DNA of 64,000 nt. Source: an uncultured Nitrososphaerota archaeon (GTDB lineage: Archaea; Thermoproteota; Nitrososphaeria; Nitrososphaerales; Nitrosopumilaceae). The stretch spans positions 1,344,001 to 1,408,000 of the forward strand of contig OY969559.1 in NCBI GenBank assembly GCA_963701075.1, given 5' to 3'. Below the pieces are notes generated by a model. It searched no databases. It saw only the letters and a program-made list of their open reading frames with translations, and was not told the DNA's origin. The position numbers and the translations under genes are program-made. Every line of letters begins with the position of its first letter. The stretch's first letter is position 1. This document shows positions 1 through 9,089 of the stretch, one piece after another.

Positions 1-42
1 TTGCTTACCATATTTTTCACATACTATAAATCGAGGATTTTT

Positions 43-1521
43 ATGAGTAGTGACACAATGAAAATCACTGTAACTGTAATCAAAGCTGATGTTGGCGGAA
101 TTGGCGGACATACAAGACCGAGCGATGGACTGCTAAACGCCGTTAGAAATATTGTAAGACCTCAAATGGTCAGAAATGGAAAGGGTCTTTTGATTGATTC
201 CTACATTGGATATTGTGGCGACGATATTCATATCGTTATGACGCACACTAGAGGAGTTGACAATAGGGAGATCCATCAACTTGCATGGAGATCTTTTGAG
301 GCAGCTACCCAAGTAGCTAAAAATGAAGGTCTCTACGGCGCAGGCCAAGATCTCTTAAAGGATTCCTTTTCTGGAAATGTGAAAGGAATGGGCCCAGGAG
401 TGGCTGAAATGACATTTGAAGAAAGACCAAATGAAGCCTTTACAATTTATGCTGCAGACAAAACCGAACCGGGTGCTTTTAACTATCCATTTTACAGAAT
501 GTTTGTTGACACATTAAGCAATACTGGACTAATTGTTAACCAAAACCTGTCCAGCGGTGTAAAAATAAACGTCATGGATGTAGAGAAGGGTAAAATTGCT
601 CAACTCCAAATGTGGCAAGACAAGCCAACTCTTGAAGCTGCATTGATGTATCCTGGAAGATATGTTGTTTCAAGTGTATATACAAGAGATAACCAACCAA
701 TTCTTGCTGCTTCAACCGATCGTTTGCACAACATAGCAGGAAAATATGTTGGCAAAGATGATCCGATTTGCATCATAAGAACACAAAAAGACTTTCCAGC
801 AACAGAAGAAGTGGGTGCCGCTTTCAATAATCCACACCTTGTTGCAGGAAATACCAGAGGAAGCCATCATGTCCCTCTAATGCCTGTCAAGTTGAATTCT
901 CCTGCAAGTATCAATTATGCAATACCGATAGTATCTGCATTAGTGTTTAGCATGCATAATGGAAAACTTGTTGGGCCAGTAGATGGATTTGCATCTGCTG
1001 ACTGGGATTACATACGTCAGATAGCTGTGGAAAGAACAATTGCGATTCGAAGTCAAGGTTTTGTACATCCTGCAACTCTCGTACCGTCTGAACTTGAGTA
1101 TGCAGAAGGATACAGAGCTAGGATGAATGTGTTATGGAGTAAAATGAGACCAATTCCAAATTCAAAAGATCATCAATTCCCCAATCCAAAACAGCAGCAA
1201 AGACCTCAAAATAATCCTAGGCCGCCTCAACAACCTAATGTGTCAAAACCAAACACCCAAACTCAGAATATCCAGAGACCTCAAAATAACCAACGACCTC
1301 AACAAAAACAACAATCACAAAGACCACCGCAGAGGTCACCCCAACAGCCTAATGTGTCAAAACCAAACATCCACACTCAAAATATGCCGAGACCTCAAAA
1401 AGCTGTGAACAGTCCACCTGTAAAACCAGTGAAAAGAACAAAGAAGCCTCATCAAACAAAGACTTCTACAACTACCGCGACAACAGAAGCAAAGAAACCT
1501 CAATCTTCAGAGTCAAAGTAA
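43..1521 (+). CDS. fbp: bifunctional fructose-1,6-bisphosphate aldolase/phosphatase (class V FBPase) with low-complexity C-terminal tail
   Basis: Motifs KADVGGIGGH, GDDIHIVMTH, LYGAGQDLLKDSFSGNVKGMGP, GKYVGKDDP; ATG at 43 preferred over TTG at 1. Confidence 0.93.
   Translation: MSSDTMKITVTVIKADVGGIGGHTRPSDGLLNAVRNIVRPQMVRNGKGLLIDSYIGYCGDDIHIVMTHTRGVDNREIHQLAWRSFEAATQVAKNEGLYGAGQDLLKDSFSGNVKGMGPGVAEMTFEERPNEAFTIYAADKTEPGAFNYPFYRMFVDTLSNTGLIVNQNLSSGVKINVMDVEKGKIAQLQMWQDKPTLEAALMYPGRYVVSSVYTRDNQPILAASTDRLHNIAGKYVGKDDPICIIRTQKDFPATEEVGAAFNNPHLVAGNTRGSHHVPLMPVKLNSPASINYAIPIVSALVFSMHNGKLVGPVDGFASADWDYIRQIAVERTIAIRSQGFVHPATLVPSELEYAEGYRARMNVLWSKMRPIPNSKDHQFPNPKQQQRPQNNPRPPQQPNVSKPNTQTQNIQRPQNNQRPQQKQQSQRPPQRSPQQPNVSKPNIHTQNMPRPQKAVNSPPVKPVKRTKKPHQTKTSTTTATTEAKKPQSSESK
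1228..1400 (+). repeat. imperfect intragenic direct repeat (~59 bp units at 1228-1286 and 1342-1400) encoding QQPNVSKPN..TQN..RPQ
   Basis: CCTAATGTGTCAAAACCAAACA occurs twice, 114 bp apart. Confidence 0.85.
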
Positions 1522-1572
1522 ATACTTCAACTCAAATTACAATTTTTATTATCGAATTTTTGATATCATCTA

Positions 1573-2085
1573 TTGGCTAGGAAACCTCAAATCTTGATTA
1601 TAGGAAATAATGAAAATGGATTTACCCCTGAGCTTGAAAAGATAGCATACGAAACAGGAGCCGAAGTAGCAAAATCAGGGGCAGTTTTAATCACTGGAGG
1701 TCTTGGCGGTGTGATGAAGGCATCTGCTCACGGTGCAAAGGATGCAGGCGGGCTCACAATTGGAATTATTCCTCAAAATGACGCCTCTTTTGCAAATGAA
1801 TACTGCGACATAGTAGTTCCAAGCGGCATGGGACTTGCAAGGGATTTTCTCACTGCACTTTCTGGTGACGGCGTAATAATTATTGGAGGTGGATCTGGCA
1901 CTCTTTCAGAGGCATGTGCAGCTTACATGCATAAAAGACCTATGGTATCTATAAGAAATACAGGAGGCATTGCAGACAGATACGCTGATCAATACCTAGA
2001 TCATAGACAGCAGGTGAAAATAATCGGAGCGGCAGACCCAAAAGAGGCCGTAAAATTACTTCTAGACAAAATTAATTCAGAATAG
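1573..2085 (+). CDS. LOG-family Rossmann-fold nucleotide-binding protein (TIGR00725-like)
   Basis: ITGGLGGVMKA, GLTIGIIP and GGGSGTLSE motifs. Confidence 0.85.
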   Translation: MARKPQILIIGNNENGFTPELEKIAYETGAEVAKSGAVLITGGLGGVMKASAHGAKDAGGLTIGIIPQNDASFANEYCDIVVPSGMGLARDFLTALSGDGVIIIGGGSGTLSEACAAYMHKRPMVSIRNTGGIADRYADQYLDHRQQVKIIGAADPKEAVKLLLDKINSE

Positions 2086-3214
2086 ATAAAAGGTATGGAT
2101 CTGGCTCATAAAATTTACCATATCTACTAGAGAGTGTTTGTAATTCTCTTACTATTTTTGCCATGCCAAATTCCTTTGCTGTTTCAAATATTGGTTTTCT
2201 TAATCCCATCCCTAGGTTCAATGCTTTTTCTATTTCCGGTATGTCACTTGCTTGGTTTGTTACAAGCCACGCAGCGTTGTTAAGTATGGTTCCAATAATC
2301 TGAGTCGGCTCAATTTTTTTTGCCAATTCTTCTGTCAAGTTAATGCGTTCATATTTTTCCCCAGTATATTCATAAAAGCCACTACCTGTCTTTTGACCAA
2401 ATTTTTTCTGATCAAATAATTTCTGAATCAATGGGTGTGGATTAATTACTTTCTTGTCTCTAGAATACATCTCAATTGTTGCTTTATGAATTACATCTAG
2501 GCCTGTAAAATCAGCGAGCTCGAATATTCCCATTGGAAAATGCAACGTGAATTTCACGGCAGAGTCTATCTCAGTCATGGAAGCTTTTGTCCTATCCATT
2601 GTCCAAACAGCTTCATGAACGAGAGGAATGAATATTCTATTTACAATAAATCCCACTACATCTTTTCTGCATAAGACAGGTTCTTTTGACACGGATTTTA
2701 CAAAATTCATTGTTAAATCCACAATCTCTTGTGTAGTTTTTTGTCCTGGGATAACCTCGACCAATTTCATCAGTTGAGGCGGATTAAAGAAATGAATTCC
2801 AATGAATCTTTCAGGTCTGCTTGTAATATTGGCGATTTCTGTGATTGGAAGGGTGCTGGTATTTGATGCATAAACTGTATTCTTATTTGCCACCGCGTCG
2901 ACTTCTGCATATACTTTCTTTTTCAAATCCATGATTTCAGGAACTGCCTCGATCATTAAATCACAATTCTTCAATGCTTTACCAAGATCAACTTCTGGAG
3001 TTATTCTTGAAAATATTTTATGCGATTCCTCTTCTGAAATTTTCTGTTTTGATACCAGTTTATCTAGACTCCACTTGATCTTTTCCATGGCCTTGTCTAG
3101 AAATTGCTGTTCGATATCACGCAGTATGACGTTGTATCCCGACATAGCTGAAACTTGAGCAATACCATGTCCCATTATGCCAGAACCCAAAACGGTGATA
3201 TTCTTTATGGCCAT
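2072..3214 (-). CDS. 3-hydroxyacyl-CoA (3-hydroxybutyryl-CoA) dehydrogenase
   Basis: GSGIMGHGIA, EAVPE, ASNTS, GIHFFNP, GFIVNR motifs. Confidence 0.92.
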   Translation of the reverse strand: MAIKNITVLGSGIMGHGIAQVSAMSGYNVILRDIEQQFLDKAMEKIKWSLDKLVSKQKISEEESHKIFSRITPEVDLGKALKNCDLMIEAVPEIMDLKKKVYAEVDAVANKNTVYASNTSTLPITEIANITSRPERFIGIHFFNPPQLMKLVEVIPGQKTTQEIVDLTMNFVKSVSKEPVLCRKDVVGFIVNRIFIPLVHEAVWTMDRTKASMTEIDSAVKFTLHFPMGIFELADFTGLDVIHKATIEMYSRDKKVINPHPLIQKLFDQKKFGQKTGSGFYEYTGEKYERINLTEELAKKIEPTQIIGTILNNAAWLVTNQASDIPEIEKALNLGMGLRKPIFETAKEFGMAKIVRELQTLSSRYGKFYEPDPYLLSILN

Positions 3215-3260
3215 GTTGAAATTTTGTGAAGGTATCCCTTTGTAAGTTATTCGGTCAGTG

Positions 3261-3515
3261 TCAAAGACTGTCTATTATTGACTTTAGATGAGATGGGAGT
3301 TGAGGTAGTTCCCCTATGTGACTTACGTTATTTTGAAGAATGTCTGGACCTATTCTCCTCACCTGTTGAGTAGCAATAAGTGTTGCAATACTTCTGTCTA
3401 TGTCTTTCTGCCGCAATATTGTTTTGAGTTTTTCCAGCAGGATGTTTTCGTTCTCATATTTGCTTATTGCGTATTGTAAGAGTATCAATTTATCATTGCT
3501 AGAGAGATCTTCCAT
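3261..3515 (-). CDS. hypothetical protein
   Basis: Fills the gap between genes with plausible composition; start 3515 or 3533. Confidence 0.6.
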   Translation of the reverse strand: MEDLSSNDKLILLQYAISKYENENILLEKLKTILRQKDIDRSIATLIATQQVRRIGPDILQNNVSHIGELPQLPSHLKSIIDSL

Positions 3516-3628
3516 AAAGAAAATCCATTTCATACTTCATAAAAAATGTTTTTAAAAATTAGTTAACCAATTGCATCGCTAGTCACCCATATTCTTAAAA
3601 CCTAGCAACAGTTGAACACTACTATATT

Positions 3629-4288
3629 TTGGACATTGAGAAATTTACGGATGATGTGTATACCGTAGCAGAAAAACTAACGCGGGAGAAAACTCCTGAA
3701 ATGAAATCACGAATAAATTTTGTGCGTGAACGACTCATTGAATTGTACCAAAAAAATCTTGTTAAAATTAATCATTCCGTATTAGAAATAATCTGTGCAT
3801 CAAATCTCATTACGCAGGGTTATTCGGTTGATATAGAAAAACATCTTTCTGATATTCTTGTTTGCGATGTGTTTGCTACCAAAGGAGACGGGACATTTAT
3901 CATGGAAATTGAAACTGGATTTACTCCTCCTGATCATGCATTGGATACTATTGATTATTATGTTGCAAGAATAGCAAGTAAAATTGCCAGGTATAGTCAG
4001 TTTTGCTCAAAGTTTGCTCTTGCTACCCCAGTTGTCGGTATATTGCCAATCCCGAAGATCTTTCTTAAACCTCCGAGCAAGAGAACGGCAGATGAGATTC
4101 AGAAGATGAAAGAACTTTGCGATAGGTTTTACAAAAATCCACCAATAGAGGTGAATGACATATTGAATGCTAGATTGCATTCTGTTTATCTAATTAATAT
4201 TGACAAATGTTTTGCAAAACAACTTGATCCATATACCTATCTTGAAATCATTGGTAAATTACAAGAAGCAAGTGAACTAGATTTGTGA
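3629..4288 (+). CDS. conserved hypothetical protein with PD-(D/E)xK-like motif
   Basis: 219-aa ORF; CDVFATK...MEIETG resembles a restriction-endonuclease-like core. Confidence 0.65.
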   Translation: MDIEKFTDDVYTVAEKLTREKTPEMKSRINFVRERLIELYQKNLVKINHSVLEIICASNLITQGYSVDIEKHLSDILVCDVFATKGDGTFIMEIETGFTPPDHALDTIDYYVARIASKIARYSQFCSKFALATPVVGILPIPKIFLKPPSKRTADEIQKMKELCDRFYKNPPIEVNDILNARLHSVYLINIDKCFAKQLDPYTYLEIIGKLQEASELDL

Positions 4289-4732
4289 ATTGGTTCGTAA
4301 TGCTTCCATAGTTGCTTGCTTCCTATATTCAAAAATCTCAGAGAGAAGCCGCATTACATACCCTTCAAAAAACTTTCCTATAATTCCGTAATGTAATTGA
4401 AAATCAATTCGGTCTATTATCTCTGTACTAGTATCATTTATTTTATTGAATTTGTGTAGATGTTTCCATGTTTTGAATCTGCCGCTAATCATTTCATCTA
4501 CATATTCATATGGTTTCAAATATGTTATTTTTGAATGCCATTTTGAATCCATAATCAGTTTGGCTTGTAGCCAGGCTTCAGTGCCTTCTTCTAGAATGTC
4601 ATTCTCGCTCTTGAGAATTTCTATTTTCATTTTTTTAGGAGTAATTATTTTCAAATGATTGATGTTTGTATAAAACTTCCAGACTTTGTCAACATTAGAA
4701 TTGACAACAAATGTATGTTTGAAATGCTTCAT
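4277..4732 (-). CDS. SRPBCC/START-fold protein
   Basis: VWKFY...LKIITP; YVDEMISGRFKTWKHLHKF pattern. Confidence 0.8.
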   Translation of the reverse strand: MKHFKHTFVVNSNVDKVWKFYTNINHLKIITPKKMKIEILKSENDILEEGTEAWLQAKLIMDSKWHSKITYLKPYEYVDEMISGRFKTWKHLHKFNKINDTSTEIIDRIDFQLHYGIIGKFFEGYVMRLLSEIFEYRKQATMEALRTNSQI

Positions 4733-4743
4733 GATTTTTCACT

Positions 4744-4878
4744 CTAGTTTGTTCCAACATTTATATTTCTACGATTATTTGCACAATTTTTTATTTCTTC
4801 TGGAGTATGATCTTTTATGGGTTTACCGCACATAGCGCATGTCGGTGTTGATTGAATAGGTTTACGCTCAAATTTCAA
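4744..4878 (-). CDS. 44-aa zinc-finger microprotein (CxxC-x6-H-x7-C), not in ORF track
   Basis: Manual translation MKFERKPIQSTPTCAMCGKPIKDHTPEEIKNCANNRRNINVGTN; TTG start; ends 11 bp before the SRPBCC start. Confidence 0.65.
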   Translation of the reverse strand: MKFERKPIQSTPTCAMCGKPIKDHTPEEIKNCANNRRNINVGTN

Positions 4879-4921
4879 TAAAATAAATAGTTACATATGA
4901 AAATATAATCTCTAACATTTT

Positions 4922-5269
4922 CTAGGCATGACGCTTTAAAGAATTTTCAAGTTGAAGTATGGCGCGTAGGATCAGACCAGACATTCCAAGGTGCAATGTT
5001 AGAAAAGTAGCTGCCTCTTCTAGTGCATTTTCCCCTCTATATCCTTCATCATATGTCATTTCAATCGAATCTTTATCAGTTCCAACATATACCGTCAGCA
5101 GAGAATATGATCCAAGTTTTGGATCCTTTTTTTGTAGGTATAGATTAAGATGCACATCTTTGATCTCATATCCGTTTTGCATGAAACTTCCTGATGACAT
5201 TAAAACTATTGTTTTGTCAGGCAATTTGATTATTCTCTTAGGGTCTATCACATCTATTATCTTCAACAA
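4922..5269 (-). CDS. hypothetical protein
   Basis: 115-aa ORF co-oriented with neighbours. Confidence 0.6.
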   Translation of the reverse strand: MLKIIDVIDPKRIIKLPDKTIVLMSSGSFMQNGYEIKDVHLNLYLQKKDPKLGSYSLLTVYVGTDKDSIEMTYDEGYRGENALEEAATFLTLHLGMSGLILRAILQLENSLKRHA

Positions 5270-5440
5270 ACAAAATGTGCATATCTTTCTAAATAATCCT
5301 ATTGTATGAAAAATTTTAAAATTAATTATTTGTATTTGAATTGCCGTTTTCTATATCTTTTATGCCATAAGGGCGTATTGATAAGATAAAAAGCATTATT
5401 TTTAGTAATACGACAGTTTAGGAAATTGAATCTTGAAATG

Positions 5441-5692
5441 TTATTCGTCGTCTACAGTGCCGCCCTGACCGTATATTACCGGCATGGTAATGGTACTTGT
5501 CACATGGGCAACGTTTCTTACCTTTGATATGGCGGTATCAACCTTTGTAGGATCTTTTGCCTCAATCTTTACAAACACATCGTATTTCCCCATGACTCCG
5601 TTTACTTCTATCACATCTGTAAGACTTTTTGTTTTTGAAATCACTTCTTTCTCGTTTCCAGGTACACATGTTACTAAAATGTATGCAATCAT
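5441..5692 (-). CDS. stand-alone Lrp/AsnC ligand-binding (RAM) domain protein
   Basis: AYILV...VMGKYDVFVKI...VTSTIT. Confidence 0.88.
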   Translation of the reverse strand: MIAYILVTCVPGNEKEVISKTKSLTDVIEVNGVMGKYDVFVKIEAKDPTKVDTAISKVRNVAHVTSTITMPVIYGQGGTVDDE

Positions 5693-5723
5693 ATTGTCTC
5701 GACATGATTTGCTCTTAAATAAC

Positions 5724-6527
5724 TTATCTGAGATGATGAAGTGATCTATTTTGTGAGAAAACCATTATGACCGTCAGTATGCTTAATGCCAAGATCAACG
5801 TTGCAGTTGTTCCAAATTCAGGAATTACAACAGTGCCTGTCAGGGTAAGTTCGTTTGTTCCAGACTGCATTGGACAATCAAGAATTCTTTCTACGTCTGA
5901 CTCGGTTTGAGTGCAGTCAATATCGTTTCCATTCTCTTTTACATCTATCTGTCCACCAGGCGTATCAATCACATATTTTGGAATTTGATATTCCTCCAAG
6001 ATGGAACCATTTTGTATCTTGGTCGTGTTAACCTGAATGGTAATAGAATTGTCGACTGTTGAAACCTCGACATTTCCATATTCTACAAGACTGGTGTTTT
6101 CTCCACGAACTTTTATCTCGCTATCAAATACAGGAATTATTTGTATCTGTCCTACAGTTACTCGGAATTGAATTTGAGTTGTTTCACTGCTTTGTCTTAT
6201 GTTGACTGTATAGATGCCTCCCTGTGCATCATCACTCAATACAAAATCATGCGAAAATACGTTATTAAGTAATGCTGTTTGACCTACTTCGTATACATTT
6301 CCAATAGGGTTTCGTACTATTATGGTAACTGGGTTTTCGTTTGTTGGTTGTTGTACCGTACCTGAAATTGTCACCTTATTGCCAGGCTCATAGGATTGTT
6401 TATTGGTACTTGCAGATATTCCTGTGGGGCTTTGAGCGTATGTGGAATTCATAGATATGAGAGTCATGCATAAAACAAGAAGGATTCCTATCTTTAGCCC
6501 ATGCATTGGCAGTTTTGATAGTTTCAT
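5724..6527 (-). CDS. PEFG-CTERM surface protein
   Basis: Signal peptide, Ig-like region, C-terminal VIPEFG followed by TM helix. Confidence 0.88.
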   Translation of the reverse strand: MKLSKLPMHGLKIGILLVLCMTLISMNSTYAQSPTGISASTNKQSYEPGNKVTISGTVQQPTNENPVTIIVRNPIGNVYEVGQTALLNNVFSHDFVLSDDAQGGIYTVNIRQSSETTQIQFRVTVGQIQIIPVFDSEIKVRGENTSLVEYGNVEVSTVDNSITIQVNTTKIQNGSILEEYQIPKYVIDTPGGQIDVKENGNDIDCTQTESDVERILDCPMQSGTNELTLTGTVVIPEFGTTATLILALSILTVIMVFSQNRSLHHLR

Positions 6528-6562
6528 GGTATTTAACTGTAGATTTAGGTCATCTGCTTTTT

Positions 6563-6871
6563 CTATGTGAATCTCTCAATTGATTTTAGTTTGTCTTCAA
6601 GAGAGTGATTCTTGTCTCTCCTCTCATCAATCTTGAGAATTGTCTCTACTCGAGTCACCCCCATCGCAAATATTGCGTTTGTAACAACTTTGGACGCCTC
6701 AAAGATCTTGTCAATGTCGTCTGATTCAATCATCGTCCCCATAGGAGTTACCTGATATCTTATTCCATCAATTTTCTTCAAACTCTTTAGACCGTTTGCA
6801 ATGTATTTGCCTAAGCTTGGTGACGACGTACCTATTGGAAGAACTCCAATCTCAGCATGAATTTTTGTCAT
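6563..6871 (-). CDS. MTH1187/DUF77 thiamine-binding family protein
   Basis: YQVTPMGTMIE, RVETILKIDERRDK. Confidence 0.88.
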   Translation of the reverse strand: MTKIHAEIGVLPIGTSSPSLGKYIANGLKSLKKIDGIRYQVTPMGTMIESDDIDKIFEASKVVTNAIFAMGVTRVETILKIDERRDKNHSLEDKLKSIERFT

Positions 6872-6916
6872 GATACAATGGTGTTTTTTGTTCTTTAAAA
6901 TAATTATGTAGTTTAT

Positions 6917-8422
6917 CTATAAGAAGGCATCAAGACCTGTTTTTGAAGTCATGCTTTGGTTTTCAAGAATCTTTGACATTTTTTCACCCATCTTCTTTGC
7001 CGCGCTTACCTTTCGCTTACCTATCCAGTAATAAGTTTCATCAGTTGTATCTTTGGCAATTAAAACTATTAATTTTCCATAATCTTTTCTGCCTGTACGG
7101 CCTTTTCGCTGAACATAACGAATAGAGCTTGGCACATTATCAAAAAAGATGACCGTATTTACTTCTGAAATATCGAGACCTTCTTCCCCCACTCTTGTAG
7201 CAATCAGCACCTTGTACTGTCCATCTCTGAATTTCTGAACTGTCTCGATCTGTTTTTTCTGCTTGAGTCCAGTCTCTCCTGCCTTTCCTATTAGAAATCC
7301 TGCCTGAATATTCATCTCGATTAGTTTTTGATATATTACTTCAACAGAGTCTCTATAACTTGTAAATACCAAGGCTTTTCCCGAAAGACCATTCAATATT
7401 TCTTTTAATTTTGTGATCTTTGAATGTTCAATGCCTTTTTGTTGAGCTTCCTTTGCCAGACGTATAGATTTTCCAAAGTTTAAATCATTTTCAAATAGGT
7501 CTCGTATGCCTACTCCTTTTTTCTCACGAGTCCTATCACAGAATCGCAGAAACGATGTTACTCCATGCGATTCCAATACGTTCAAGGCGTGAATCAGTCT
7601 TATTGACGTAAAAAGGGGTTTGGCAGCTCTTCGATTCTGTCTTAGGACAAAGTCCCTAACACGAAGAAGTTCGGATAATGATTGGGTGCTGGATAAATTC
7701 AACCCCAGCCGTCTTAGTTCATCATATCTTGAGTCTATTGCTGCCCTGATACAAGATTGAATTTGCTTCATCTCATATGGAAGCTCAACACTGATCCACT
7801 GGGTATCTGTCTGTTGTACATATGGACTTACATCTGGACTTTCTTCTGTTCGTTGTGCAATACTTGAAATTTTCAATGTCTGGAGTATTTCTGAAGCTTT
7901 ATCTCTTTCACTTGGTAATGTGGCAGTCATTCCAACGATTCTCACATTCATGTTTGCAAATCTTTCCGCAATCCCGGCATATGCGTAATCTCCTATTGTC
8001 CTATGGGCCTCATCAAATATTATTAAAGCAAATTGTGACGGCAAAACAAGTTGCCTGTCTAGATCATTTTTCACGATTTCAGGGGTTGCACAAATTATAC
8101 TGTTTATCCAGAGCTTTTTTCTTTTAGTTATTGGATCCTCTCCAGTTATGAGAGCTATGTCATCTATGAGTATGTTTGATTTCAGGAATTCATAATGCTG
8201 GTGCGCCAATACTCTTGTCGGTGCTAGAAATAACACACCGCCAATTTTTTTGGAAAGAAATTCGATTATTACTTGAAGAGCGACAGTAGTTTTACCAAGA
8301 CCTGTTGGAAGTACTACTAGACAATTATCCGAAATGGCCTGTCTTGCCAAATTGACTTGATATTCCCTATATTCAATAGAAGATTTTTTGACAAGTGGAT
8401 GTTCTATGTATTGTTGATTCAA
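6917..8422 (-). CDS. Hef/FANCM-like SF2 helicase without nuclease domain
   Basis: LPTGLGKT, DEAH, TAT, QRKGRTGR; C-terminal PIP-like TGLDAFL. Confidence 0.9.
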   Translation of the reverse strand: MNQQYIEHPLVKKSSIEYREYQVNLARQAISDNCLVVLPTGLGKTTVALQVIIEFLSKKIGGVLFLAPTRVLAHQHYEFLKSNILIDDIALITGEDPITKRKKLWINSIICATPEIVKNDLDRQLVLPSQFALIIFDEAHRTIGDYAYAGIAERFANMNVRIVGMTATLPSERDKASEILQTLKISSIAQRTEESPDVSPYVQQTDTQWISVELPYEMKQIQSCIRAAIDSRYDELRRLGLNLSSTQSLSELLRVRDFVLRQNRRAAKPLFTSIRLIHALNVLESHGVTSFLRFCDRTREKKGVGIRDLFENDLNFGKSIRLAKEAQQKGIEHSKITKLKEILNGLSGKALVFTSYRDSVEVIYQKLIEMNIQAGFLIGKAGETGLKQKKQIETVQKFRDGQYKVLIATRVGEEGLDISEVNTVIFFDNVPSSIRYVQRKGRTGRKDYGKLIVLIAKDTTDETYYWIGKRKVSAAKKMGEKMSKILENQSMTSKTGLDAFL

Positions 8423-8525
8423 ACATCTTCAAGTTGTCGTCTATGGGTAAAAATGTTCGTTCAAGCTGATTGTTACTTGCAGCTCACATCTTTGTGATCT
8501 CACAAGTCTTTGTAGATCTTATATT

Positions 8526-9083
8526 ATGGCGAGTTACAATCCTTTTGTGAAAAAGGAGTTTGAGCGCCCAACTTGGGATGAGTATTTCATTCTTCAGGCA
8601 GAGCTTGCAAAATTACGATCTAATTGCATTACAAGACAGGTTGGCGCCGTCATAGTTAGGGAAAACAGGCAGATTGCTACTGGATATAATGGCACTCCGC
8701 CCGGAGTCAAAAATTGCTATGAAGGGGGGTGTAAACGATGCCAATTGCGTGCAGAAGGAAAAATTGCCTCTGGAGAAGCATTAGACAGATGCATATGTAA
8801 TCATGCAGAGGCAAACGCCATAATGCACTGCGCAATTCTCGGGGTAGGTTCAGGTACAAAAGATACTACGTTGTATACCACATTTGTGACATGTTTAGAA
8901 TGTAGCAAAATGGCCATAACCGTAGGTATTAGAAGAATTGTATGCCTTGGCTCATATCCGGAGACAGATTATCAGCTTTTAAAAGATGCAAAGGTCGAGG
9001 TAGTTGTTCTAGACAAGAGCAGAATAAATCGTTGGATCAAAGTATTGCTTGAAGAACCAGCAACTAACTTGATGCCAAAGTGA
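8526..9083 (+). CDS. dCMP deaminase family protein
   Basis: RPTWDEYF, TGYNG, HAEANA, CLEC. Confidence 0.9.
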   Translation: MASYNPFVKKEFERPTWDEYFILQAELAKLRSNCITRQVGAVIVRENRQIATGYNGTPPGVKNCYEGGCKRCQLRAEGKIASGEALDRCICNHAEANAIMHCAILGVGSGTKDTTLYTTFVTCLECSKMAITVGIRRIVCLGSYPETDYQLLKDAKVEVVVLDKSRINRWIKVLLEEPATNLMPK

Positions 9084-9089
9084 GATGAC

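Noticed and set aside
1228-1400. CRISPR-like repeat
   Set aside because: Only two imperfect in-frame coding copies; no spacers or cas genes.
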